A stretch of 64,000 nt of DNA from Azolla caroliniana (Eukaryota > Plantae > Polypodiophyta). A program made the translations under genes and the position numbers. This document shows positions 20,316-31,570 of this stretch, one piece after another; positions within the stretch are counted from its first letter, which is position 1; each line of letters opens with the position of its first letter. Below the pieces are notes generated by a model, which made no database searches, was not told where the DNA came from, and saw nothing but the letters and a program-made list of their open reading frames with translations. Where the stretch lies: contig JBHGNT010000002.1 of the NCBI GenBank assembly GCA_043228905.1, forward strand, positions 14,074,001 through 14,138,000, in the 5' to 3' direction.

Positions 20316-23300
20316 TGTCGTAGTGTATTTCGTACACTACGTGAAAAAGTAAAAATAATATAACCGATTTAATTACATATAAATAAATAAAATAAGAATA
20401 ATCAACATATTTATCACGTGCATAGGGCAAGATTCAAACCTTGTACCTCCACGTAGCCAAAGCTCAACTTTACCATTATGCTACCTTATCTTTAGTGCTC
20501 TACAAATAGATTTAATAACTATAAGTGCTTTATTTGCGCCTACCTTTATTAAAAGGTAAATCATGTATTTTTAGAGTGCGTGAATATTTTATAGAAAAAC
20601 GCAAGCAACTGAAAAGAGACTCATGCACATCTAGCGTGCATGAGCACTATATTTAGCAAATAAAAGCAAGGATTAGAAAAGCATTACATGCACATTTAGT
20701 GTGCATGAACATATTAGAAAAAAAACATGTAGCTATGCTTAGTCTCTCCCATCACTATATAAGGATGGGGAGCACATTGTAGTTTTTGTTGATTATTTTT
20801 TCTATAATGATCAATCAATCTAAAATATTCGTGGGATTCACGAATTTGCTAAAATAATTCTCTCTTACTACCTAAATATTGACTAAATATACTAAACTCG
20901 TGGGATTCACGAGATTCTTATCTTATAACTCTTTATACCTATTCTTTACTAGCCTTATTTGTATTTTTCTTTCTCCTAGTCCAAAACCTCGGCGGTTCCC
21001 ACCCGACTCACGCAACGATCCGGAGCCGAAAGGCACGACACAAGTTGGTGAACCCGACGTGAAGACGGGTGGTAAGGAGATGGAGAATCAACAAGAGGCG
21101 ATGAACATGATGATGATGATGGTTGAGCGGATGCAACAAGAACAACGCGCGATGATGGAGATGAAGGCGGCAGTAGAGCGGCTTGTGCGACGAAATGGGG
21201 AATTCAACGGAAATGATGTGTCACGCTATCTACGTGACTACAAGGCGGAGATGATACGATGTGGGATACCGGAAGGATTGCAAGTGACATCCTTCAATCG
21301 GGTGGCCACGGATGAGCTACAAAAGAGAATCCACAAGATACGGCAACAAAACTCGACATGGGGGTCATTCGAAGAAGCTTTACGAGAGGCATATGATTAC
21401 AAGAGATCAAAGGGACAAGATCGGCGAAAATTCGACGAATGGGTGGCATCGGAGAAGACCCACCGAAGTGCAACACAAGCATTCCTAGAGTTCGAGCATC
21501 ATCTTGCTCAACTCTCGGAGCGAGAACAACGATTGGTGGGAGAGGATAAAGTCCTAATGTTCGTAAAATCGATCGATCGAAAAGAAAGGATGGACATCGG
21601 GATCGAACTCGAAGACGATGAAGGTACGAATGGTCTTACCGAAGATTGGGCCGAAGTCCAAAGGGTATGCCGGAGACATGATGAGAGGAAGATGAGAATC
21701 TTGTCAACGACATGGCCGATGAAGGATGGTCGATTGAAGACAAACGATGGAGCCGATATGAAGGCCGAAATACAACATAATGGTGCGACGGAAGAGGGTG
21801 TAAAACAAGCTACCCTCTTGTCTTGCGAAAGAACGACGGCGAAGGATAAGGCCGATAACCCAAGTGTAGAAGAAGATTTCGGAATACAAGTGTCCGAAAC
21901 ATCAGGTGAAAAAGGGGTAAGCATAATTGATGTTTTCATAATTGATGCAGTGAAAGAGAGCAAGGAGGACTTGATTGAGGAGGTCACCAAGAAAGATGAC
22001 ATCGAATCGAAGGTGGCTATGGACGAATCAATGGTGGATGGCCATATCGAGATTTCTCCACCACTGATTCTAGAGACTCCGGCGGTTGCGTTCGAAAGGC
22101 AACGTGAGACCGAAGAGACGGAAGGTGGCGGAGAGAAAACAAAGGTCGAAGCCGATGCGTATGACGGAGAGATAGCCGAGAATATGGCTATGGGTGAAAC
22201 AACGGAGGATGATAATACCGAGGATTCCTACCCACTAATTCTAGAGACTTCGGCGGTTGTATTCAAGAACCAACGTGAGACCGGAGAGACGGGAGGTGGC
22301 GGCAAGAAAGGTAAAGTCGGAAGCCAGTTAGGATGGAAGGTGATCCGGACGGGATTCCGATCCGAAAGAAAGCCGAACCGGGTAAAAGAGGATTCGACCG
22401 AAAGTCGACCCGAAAGAAAGCCGAACCGAAAGGAAGAGAATTCGGCCGAAAGACGACACAAACGAAAGCTGAATCGGGCGAATGAGGATTCAGCCGAAAG
22501 ACGACCCGAAAGAAAGCCGACCCGAAAAGGGGTCGACTTGGTCAAAACCGATCGACCGAGTCTGACTTGGCCGAACGTGAATATGGATGGAAGCCGACCT
22601 AGCCGAAAGCCGATCAGACGAGACCGATCCAAAAAGAAGCTAATCCGACTCAATCGGAGGTTGGACCGGTCGAGGCTGGTGAAAATGAGGAAAAGAAAGC
22701 CAACCGAAACCGAAACCGATAGATCGAAACCGGGCCGGAAGGAGACCGACTCAATCGAAACCAAACAACCGATTCCGATTCGGCCGAATATGAATCCGAT
22801 CGGACGCCGATCAAACCAAAAGTCGATCGGACGAGAGCGATCCGGAAAAAAGTCAAGGTTGATGAAGACAAGAAAGAGGCCAGTAAAAGACACTACCACG
22901 AATGACAAGGGCCAAGAATATGACGAGAGAGAACAAAGAATATGGTGGATCGGATGGCGACAATGGTTCGGGTGGAAAGAATGGGTCTACTCAAAATGGA
23001 GAGACAAAGTTGACATAGCGGGACAAACGGAGGATGAAGGGGAGACAACGAGCATCGGCAACTTCGGCACATACCGGAGGATGTGCGGGTTCGGAGGGGG
23101 CGAGTGTCGTAGTGTATTTCGTACACTACGTGAAAAAGTAAAAATAATATAACCGATTTAATTACATATAAATAAATAAAATAAGAATAATCAACATATT
23201 TATCACGTGCATAGGGCAAGATTCGAACCTTGTACCTCCACATAGCCAAAGCTCAACTTTACCATTATGCTACCTTATCTTTAGTGCTCTACAAATAGAT

Positions 23301-23829
23301 TTAATAACTATAAGTGCTTTATTTGCGCCTACCTTTATTAAAAGGTAAATCATGTATTTTTAGAGTGCGTGAATATTTTATAGAAAAACGCAAGCAACTA
23401 AAAAGAGACTCATGCACATCTAACGTGCATGAGCACTATATTTAGCAAATAAAAGCAAGGATTAGAAAAGCATTACATGCACATTTAGTGTGCATGAACA
23501 TATTAGAAAAAAAACATGTAGCTATGCTTAGTCTCTCCCATCACTATATAAGGATGGGGAGCACATTGTAGTTTTTGTTGATTATTTTTTCTATAATGAT
23601 CAATCAATCTAAAATATTCGTGGGATTCACGAATTTGCTAAAATAATTCTCTCTTACTACCTAAATATTGACTAAATATACTAAACTCGTGGGATTCACG
23701 AGATTCTTATCTTATAACTCTTTATACCTATTCTTTACTAGCCTTATTTGTATTTTTCTTTCTCCTAGTCCAAAACCTCGGCGGTTCCCACCCGACTCAC
23801 GCAATGATCCGGAGCCGAAAGGCACGACA
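20316..23829 (+). mobile_element. Young intact non-autonomous Gag-only Gypsy element B
   Basis: 725-bp LTRs 20316-21040 and 23105-23829 with about five transitions seen by eye; TSD ACGT; tRNA-Trp PBS; PPT; no PR, RT or IN. Confidence 0.96.
21080..23152 (+). CDS. gag: Gag capsid fused to acidic repeats, a K/R-rich tract and a Trp-rich C-terminal motif
   Basis: Open frame; N-terminus similar to the autonomous Gag; LETSAV..QRET.ETEGGG repeats; RIWWIGWRQWFGWKEWVYSKW. Confidence 0.88.
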   Translation: MENQQEAMNMMMMMVERMQQEQRAMMEMKAAVERLVRRNGEFNGNDVSRYLRDYKAEMIRCGIPEGLQVTSFNRVATDELQKRIHKIRQQNSTWGSFEEALREAYDYKRSKGQDRRKFDEWVASEKTHRSATQAFLEFEHHLAQLSEREQRLVGEDKVLMFVKSIDRKERMDIGIELEDDEGTNGLTEDWAEVQRVCRRHDERKMRILSTTWPMKDGRLKTNDGADMKAEIQHNGATEEGVKQATLLSCERTTAKDKADNPSVEEDFGIQVSETSGEKGVSIIDVFIIDAVKESKEDLIEEVTKKDDIESKVAMDESMVDGHIEISPPLILETPAVAFERQRETEETEGGGEKTKVEADAYDGEIAENMAMGETTEDDNTEDSYPLILETSAVVFKNQRETGETGGGGKKGKVGSQLGWKVIRTGFRSERKPNRVKEDSTESRPERKPNRKEENSAERRHKRKLNRANEDSAERRPERKPTRKGVDLVKTDRPSLTWPNVNMDGSRPSRKPIRRDRSKKKLIRLNRRLDRSRLVKMRKRKPTETETDRSKPGRKETDSIETKQPIPIRPNMNPIGRRSNQKSIGRERSGKKSRLMKTRKRPVKDTTTNDKGQEYDEREQRIWWIGWRQWFGWKEWVYSKWRDKVDIAGQTEDEGETTSIGNFGTYRRMCGFGGGECRSVFRTLREKVKII

Positions 23830-25557
23830 ACGTGAGACCCAAGAGATAGAAGGTGTCAGCGAGGAACCGAAGGTCGAAACTAATACATGCGACGAAGAGA
23901 GAAGCATAATCGAAGCTTGCTCGATGAAGAGGGTCAATGTGTACGAGGCCCATGAGATTGAAGAGATAGACATGAAAAATGATATTGAGTCAGAGGTGGC
24001 TATGGACGAATTAATGGAAGATGGCTACGTCAAGGATTCCTTCACACAAGTTTCGGAGACTTGGGCAGTTGCAGAAAGCCAATATGAGACCCAAGAGATG
24101 GAAGGTGGTAGTAAGGGGAAGGACCAAAACGGAGTGCACAACAAAGAGGCCGAGCAAAGCACAAAAAGGGATGACAATGGCCAAGTGGGCCATGAGGATC
24201 CAAAGGATGTGGTCTTGACATCTATTGTGGAGGTCAATGGGTGCGAAGCCTATACGGTTGCTTAGGAAGCCCCAAACGACAAGGTCAAGGAGGTGGGTAT
24301 GAACATCACAACAAGGACAGACAATGACGAAGGCGAAATTTTCTACCCACTCCTTCCAAAGACTTGGGCAGTTGTGTCCGAGAACCAACATGAGACCCAA
24401 GAGACAGAAGGTGATGGCAAAGAACCTAAGGTCAAAGCTAATATATGCGACGAAGAGAGAAACATAATCAAGGTTTGCTCGATAAAGAAGGTCAATGGGT
24501 ATGAGGTCCATGAGTTTGAAGAGATAGCCATGGAAAATGACGTCAATGCAAAGATGGTGAATGGCCATGACAAGCCTTTCCCCACACTCATTCTGGAGAC
24601 TTGGCAATTAACCGATGTAAGACCCAAGAGACGGAAGTTGGTGGTGTGGAAGCAAAGATCAATGTTGATTCAAACAACCTTAAGATGGAAATGGCTAAAG
24701 GCAACACGAAAAAGGTGGACGATGAAAATGTATGGATCCGTCCACACTCGTTCTGGAGACTTGGGCATTAACCAATGTAAGACCCAAGAGAAGGATAGTG
24801 GCAGCGAAGAAGCAAGGGCTAATGTTTATGCGTGCAACAAAGAGTCTGAGCAAAGTATGACAAGGGATGGCGCTGTCGTGACGATTTTCGGCTACGGTGT
24901 GAAACCGAGTGAGACGAATAAACCAAGGATGTGCAAACATTGCACATGCACTTAGCAAATAAACCTAAGTTAGCCTAGTGGCACTTGAATTCATACACAG
25001 GGGTGCAAGCAAGGTTTGAACCTTGTACCTCTAAGATACAAGATAATTGCCTTACCACTAGGACAACTATAGATTTTTTGTATTTACTTTTCATATATGA
25101 ATTATAGATGAAACAACCATTAGAAAACCATGTTCACAAAACCATGGTTCTAAACCCATGGTTTGTGCATGACATAAGCAAAAACCGTGTGCACAAAACC
25201 ATGGTTTTAGCCCATGGTTTTGTGCATGTCACAAGCATGGAAAGACCTATAAAAGCCTCTAGTTGGGCTTGTGTAAGGGGGGCTCAATATGTGATATCAC
25301 CAACACCACTATCATCAATATAATTATATTTGTCTTTATCTTCTTCATATTTTTCTACTTCTCAAGTGTACAATCTTTCTTCTTCTCAAGTAAACCAATT
25401 TCATCTAATCTTACATTGATCGTCATCTCTTCGATAATTCTGCAAACATCCTCCCCATTCCAAGACCCCGGTGGTCGCTTGAGTAGCACACGCACGCACG
25501 AATCTTTGCGACATCATTTGGTGAACCCAACGTGAAGAGCAGTAGGGGAGGACGAAG

Positions 25558-26888
25558 ATGGATGGTGAATATCTCATGGAGGCAATGTCAAAAAGGATGA
25601 TGGAGTTTCTGAGAGAAGGGAAAAGACGAAATGAAGCCCAACAAGCCGTCGATAGGGTAGTCGAGCGAGTGAGCTATTTCAACGGCGTTGAAGTCCAAAG
25701 TTTTCTAAAAGTCTACAATACGGAGATGGATTCAAGAGGTATGGACAAAGCTATGAGGCCAGAGTACTTTTGTCGGGTGGTGTCTCTACCGATTTTCAAA
25801 GATGTAAAAGAGCTTCTAGAAGCTCATGATTCGTGGGCGACTTTCGAGAAGGCTCTATTGGAGGAATATGGCTATGAGAGACTGAAGGGACGAGATCGAC
25901 GCAACTTCGAACAATGGGTGACATCAACGAAGACCCACCAAGGCGCGACACAAGCATTCGTAGACTTCGAGCATCATTTTTCTCAACTCTTGGAGTGGGA
26001 ACAAAGATTAGTGGGGGTTGATAAGGTCCTTATGTTCGTGAAGTCAATCGATCGAATGGAAAGGATGGCCATCGGCCTCAAACTCGAAGAAGATGATGGT
26101 GCAAATGGCCTCATCGAGGATTGGAGCAAAGTGGAAAGTGTATGCTGACTACACGATAAGGGGCGAGCGAGAATATCGACGACAACAAGACGGCCCATGT
26201 GGGACGATCGAAGAGGGGCGACATGCAGCAACGCGCCACCAACAAAAGAAATGAAGCTTAAAAGGGAGACAAAACCGAGGCAAATGGTGATCGAGGAAGA
26301 AGAGACTTCCCAACAAATGCGGGTAAATCAAGTGGCCAATACAAAGGCTAAGGTTCGGTATGACGGTACCGAGAGAGAAGGTGCGAAACAAGTCACCCTC
26401 TTGTCTTACGAAGAAACGACAGCCAAGGAGGAGGCCGATGACCCGAGGACAGCGAACGCCACTTCGATGGAGGATAAATGTTTCGGAACATGCATTGTGT
26501 ACGAAACATCGGGTGATGAAGGTGCAAGCATGAGAAAATCTTGCATGATTGAGGGAGATAAAGTGTTTGAGTCCGACGTGATTGAGGAGGTAGCCATGAA
26601 AAACGACATCGAGTCGGAGGTGGCTATGGACAAGTCGACGACGGATAGCCATGTCGACACTTTCTCCACGCTTGTTCCAGAGACTTCGGCAGTTGTGCCC
26701 GTGTGCCAACGTGAGACCGGAGAGACGGAAGGCGGTGACGGGAAGATGAAGGCCCAACACAAAGAGGAAGAAGATCGAGGAAGAAAGGATATCCCCACAC
26801 CTATTCTAGAGACTTCGGCGGTTGTGCACGTGTGCCAACGTGAGACCAGAGAGACGGAATGTGTCGATGGAAAAGCGGACGACCGGAA
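25558..26888 (+). pseudogene. gag: Element C Gag-like ORF (continues 48736-49520)
   Basis: DKVLMFVKSIDR..LEEDDGANGL shared with B; acidic repeats; IWWIGW motif near 49410. Confidence 0.85.
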
Positions 26889-27339
26889 TGACGAGAACCC
26901 AACGTTCCTTATGCGCAACGCTCGGCCACAACCGAGATTATTTTCATACACAGAAAAAATGGGAAATAGAACACGACACAAAGAGGAAGACAAATACACA
27001 CACTACACAGGAGGTTTACGTGGAAAAACCCAAAGAGGGAAAAACCACGGCAGCCCATAGGCTGCAAACTATCACTATGTAAGAATGTACAAAGTAGTGA
27101 GTTCACAAAGGCAACGACCTCGTGCTCAAGATCTTCGCCACAGGCGGCGGTTACAACAGAGGCAGCGACCTCTTTCTCTACGTGCTCTCTCTCTTCTTCT
27201 TGCACCAACAAGGAAGAATGACAACTACAACTAAAAGTTTGCCCTAAGTCATATTTATACTAATATGACTTTTTGGCTATTTACAAATATAGCCACAATG
27301 GGCTCTCAAAAACATATTTACGAATATGTCTCTTCCTTC

Positions 27340-27570
27340 GGTTCATACCGGGTCTGCACTATCCGGCTCTCCGCAGCCGGGTACTCCTTATCCGGTTCAT
27401 ACCGGGTCTGCACCATCCGGCTCTCCGTAGCCAGGTACTCCTCATCCGGTTCATACCGGGTCTGCACCATCCGGCTCTCCGTAGCCGGGTATGCCTCATC
27501 CGGTTCATACCGGGCCTGCACCATCCGGCTCTCCGTAGCCGGGTACTCCTCAGCCGGTTCATACCGGGCC
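27340..27570. repeat. About 4.5 copies of a 54-bp CCGG-rich tandem repeat in the E LTR (also 48457-48688)
   Basis: Unit CCGGTTCATACCGGGTCTGCACCATCCGGCTCTCCGTAGCCGGGTACTCCTCAT. Confidence 0.9.
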
Positions 27571-27622
27571 TGTTCTTCTTCCTTCCCATCCGGAGGGACC
27601 TGTCTCACAACAAACTCCCCCT

Positions 27623-30600
27623 TCACTCCGGCATGGGGTGTCTTACCAGTCCGATCCTCTTCCGGCATGCGTCTAGCTTGTCGGGTGTCAGCACTTTGGT
27701 CAGCATATCTGACCCGTTCTCGGCCGTGTGGATCTTCGTCAGTGCGAACTCCTGGTCATCTACTCTTTCCCGGATCCAGTGATACCTCCGCTGGATATGC
27801 TTCTTCTGGGAATGGTAGGCCGCATTTTTAGCAAGGTGGATGGCACTTTGACTGTCGCAGTAGAGTCGGTATTCCTCTTGCCGTATACCAAGCTCTCCGA
27901 TAAAGTCCTTCATCCATAAAATTTCCTTGCCGGCTTCCACAGCCGCCATGTACTCCGCCTCTGTGGTTGACAATGCAACCGTCTTCTACAGCCTCGACTG
28001 CAACGAAACAGCTCCCCCTGCATATGTCATCACATACCCGGATGTAGACCGGCTGGTATCCACATCAGCCAACATGTCCGAATCGGTGAAACCGTCCAGT
28101 TGGGGTTTTCCGGAGCCAAATCGGAGACACATATTTGAAGTGCCCTTCAAATACCGGAGTATCCATTTGACTGCGTTCCAGTGCTCCTTGCCGGGATTAC
28201 TCATGAACTGGCTCACCACTCCGACTGCGTATCCAATATCCGGTCGGGTACAAACCATTGCGTACATCAAGCTCCCGACGGCAGAGGCATATGGGATCTT
28301 CATCATATCCGCCTTCTCTGCTTTCGTCTTCGGGCTTTGCTTGCCGGATAGCTTGCAGTTTGCCGGAAGTGTCGATCCGACCAGTTTTGCATCTGACATG
28401 TTGAACCGGTGAAACACCTTTGTCACATACTTCTCCTGTGACAGCCATAATTGCTTCACTGACCGGTCCCGAATGATGTGCATCCCCAACATCTGTCTTG
28501 CCGGACCCAAGTCTTTCATTGAGAAGGTCCGGTTGAGAGCCTTCTTCAGCATCCGTATTTTGACTTGGTCACGTCCGACGATCAGCATGTCATCCACGTA
28601 TAGGAGGAGTATCAGGAAGTCCCCTCCTTCGAACCTCTTCACAAACACGCAGTGATCGGCCTGCGTCTTGTGGTACCCTTGATTGGTCATGAAGGAGTCG
28701 AACTTCCGATACCATTGCCGGGGAGCCTGCTTCAGTCCGTACAGGCTCTTCTTCAACTGGCATACCAGGTGCTCCTTCCCTTTCTCCACGAATCCTTCCG
28801 GTTGCTGCATGTAGATTTCCTCTTCGAGGTCGCCGTGAAGGAATGCCGTCTTCACGTCCAGCTGCTCTACCTCGAGGTCCATGCTTGCTGCTATACTCAG
28901 CACCATCCGGATGGAGGTCATCTTTACTACCGGGGAAAATATCTCGTCGAAGTCCACACCCTTCTTCTGCTGGAGCCCCTTCACCATGATCCTGGCTTTG
29001 TATCTTGGGGGGTTGCCGGCATCTCCCGGTTTCAACTTGTACACCCACTTGTTTCGGAGTGCCCGCTTTCCTTTCAGCAACTCCACCAATTTGTACGTAT
29101 GGTTCTCATGCAGGGAATCTATCTCATCCTGCATGGCACTTAACCATTTTCGGCTGTGGGTGTCTTCCTTCGCTTCTTCGAAGCTTTCCGGCTCCCCCTC
29201 GTCGGTTAGCAGAACATGCTCTGCATCCGGAAATCTCCGGGGCGCCCTTCTCTCTCTGAGAGGATATCTACGTCTTCGGGCTTCGGTAACCGGCTCCTCC
29301 ATTTGCTCTTCATCCGAATCCGATTCGGGGTCTTGGCCGGTTCCGGTCTCAGCTTCCTCTACTTCTTCTTCTGCCGGTTCGGTATCCTCACCGTAACCGG
29401 TTGGTTCCTCGAGTGCTAACCGGTCTCTTGCCGGTTGGGTCTGCTCATCGTAGAGTCTATCCTTACCGGTCGACTCGGAGTTCATTATCTTCTTCTCCGA
29501 CTCCCAGTCGGCGAGCATCTTGTCCTCCATGAAGATAATATCTCGACTCCGGAATACCTTCTTGTCGACCGGGTCCCACACTCGGTAGCCGAACTCATCG
29601 TCACCGTAACCGAGGAATATGCATGGCCGGGTCTTTGGATCTAGCTTTCCTCTCCGGTGCTTAGCTACATGCATGTACACGAGACACCCGAACACCCTCA
29701 GATGCCGGTAGGACACTTCCTTACCGGTCCATACTCTCTGTGGCGTGTCTCCGTCCAAGGGTACTGAGGGTGATCTGTTTATCACATATGTTGCCGTCGA
29801 CAGTGCCTCAGCCCAAAACTTCTTGGGTAGTTTTGCATGCGCTAGCATACTCCGGACCCTCTCCATTATGGTCCGGTTCATCCTCTCGGCCAGTCCGTTT
29901 AGTTCCGGCGTCTTCGGCACGGTAAATTCGAGCTGGATTCCCTTCGAGCGGCATGACTCCTCGAACTGCCCCCGGTATTCTCCTCCGTTGTCTGCTCGAA
30001 CCGCCTTCAGCTTCCCGCCGGTTTCTCTTTCCACTCTCGCGTGGAGCTCTTTGAAGACGGATAGCACCTGATCCTTCGTCTTCAGCGGTGTGGCCCACAG
30101 CTTCCGGCTGTGGTCATCTATGAACGTCACGAAGTACTGCGCTCCGGCATGTGACTTCGTGTCTACTTGACACACATCCGTATGCACCAACTCCAGTGGT
30201 GCATCACGTCTCATCGGTGGCCTTGGTCGGAAGGAGGTTCAGTTCTGCTTACCGGACAGACAATCAGTGCACTTCTCTAAGTGTACGTTCCTCACTGGAA
30301 TGAGGTTGTCGTCTGCAAGCCTCTTCATCCCCTTCTCGCTCATATGACACAGCCTCTTGTGCCACAGCTCACCGGCAGTGTCGGATGCCACGTTCACTGC
30401 TTCCGAACATAACCGGGCATTCATCAGGTATAGTGTGTTTACCTTCCGGGCCCGAGCCACAATCAGGCTCCCTTTGCTGAACTTCATGACACCGTTCTAG
30501 ATGCTACCCATGTAGCCTTCATCATCTAGCTGACCGGCTGATATCAGGTTCAAACGAACTTCCGGAACGTGTCGGACATCCTTCAGCAGCAACTTGCATC

Positions 30601-31128
30601 CGGTTGGTGTTGACAGCCACACGTCTCCTATGCCGATAATTCGGCATGTACCTTCATTCCCCATCCGTACACAGCCGTGGTCACCGGCTGAGTAGGATGA
30701 GAAGCATTTCCGGTCCGGGGTAAGGTGGAACGATGCTCCGGAGTCTACCACCCAGGTCATCTCGTCGCCGGCAAGGTTTATCTCACACTCCTCGGTGATG
30801 AGCATCAACTCTTCTTCACTTGCCGCGATTGCCGTCGTTCCCTTCCGGTCCGGCCCCCTCCGGTGTTTACCGTTTCGGTCTTTACCGTTCCGGTCCGGGG
30901 TTTGCTTCGAATCGGTACCGTCGGTTTCCTTGTCTTTATGGAAATGCCGACAGTTCTTTTGGAAGTGTCCCGGCTTGCCGCAATAGAAGCAAGTAGGCCT
31001 CCCCCTGGACTTTGACCGTGTCCCCGACTTCTCCCGGTTCTGGGGACTACGGTTTCTATGTCTTCCGCGTTCCGATTCGGTAAGAAGCGCTTTGGAGTCG
31101 GAGCTCGTATCTTTGTCTTTCCGACGCG
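27623..31128 (-). pseudogene. pol: Copia E gag C-terminus, PR, IN, RT, RH with in-frame stops
   Basis: WVVDSGAS, RADNGGEY, LYVDDML, STTEAEY motifs. Confidence 0.93.
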
Positions 31129-31570
31129 TGTTGGCCGGTCAGAAGAGCAAGGACAAGTGGGAAGGCGGAATCGGATCGGATAATAGGAAGTAAATAATAG
31201 TAGAATTATTATTCGGAGGGACGGATTCGGTACAGTTGTACCGATCCGGATCCGAACCGATTCCGATGTCGGTTGCCTAAGCGCACCGATTGTAACCTTG
31301 CCGGATGCCTATAAAAGGATCCGATGATTTGTAAAGTGTTTTGACGGAAGTAATACAATAGTGATTATTGCGTATTTATCTGTATCTCGTATTGTTTGCC
31401 GTCCGTGCTTAATTGTAATCATCTTATGCGTGTAACCTAGCATCCAATCCTTACCACCCCTTTGGAGAAGTGTCGGATAGACACCTGTGTTGAGGCTAGT
31501 CCGGCCAGACAGACAACACTATTTTGGCGACCACGATTCCTGCAAAGTGCAGAGGACAATCGGGGGATGG

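Noticed and set aside
27340-27570. CRISPR-like array
   Set aside because: Contiguous tandem units with no unique spacers, inside a eukaryotic LTR, and no cas genes
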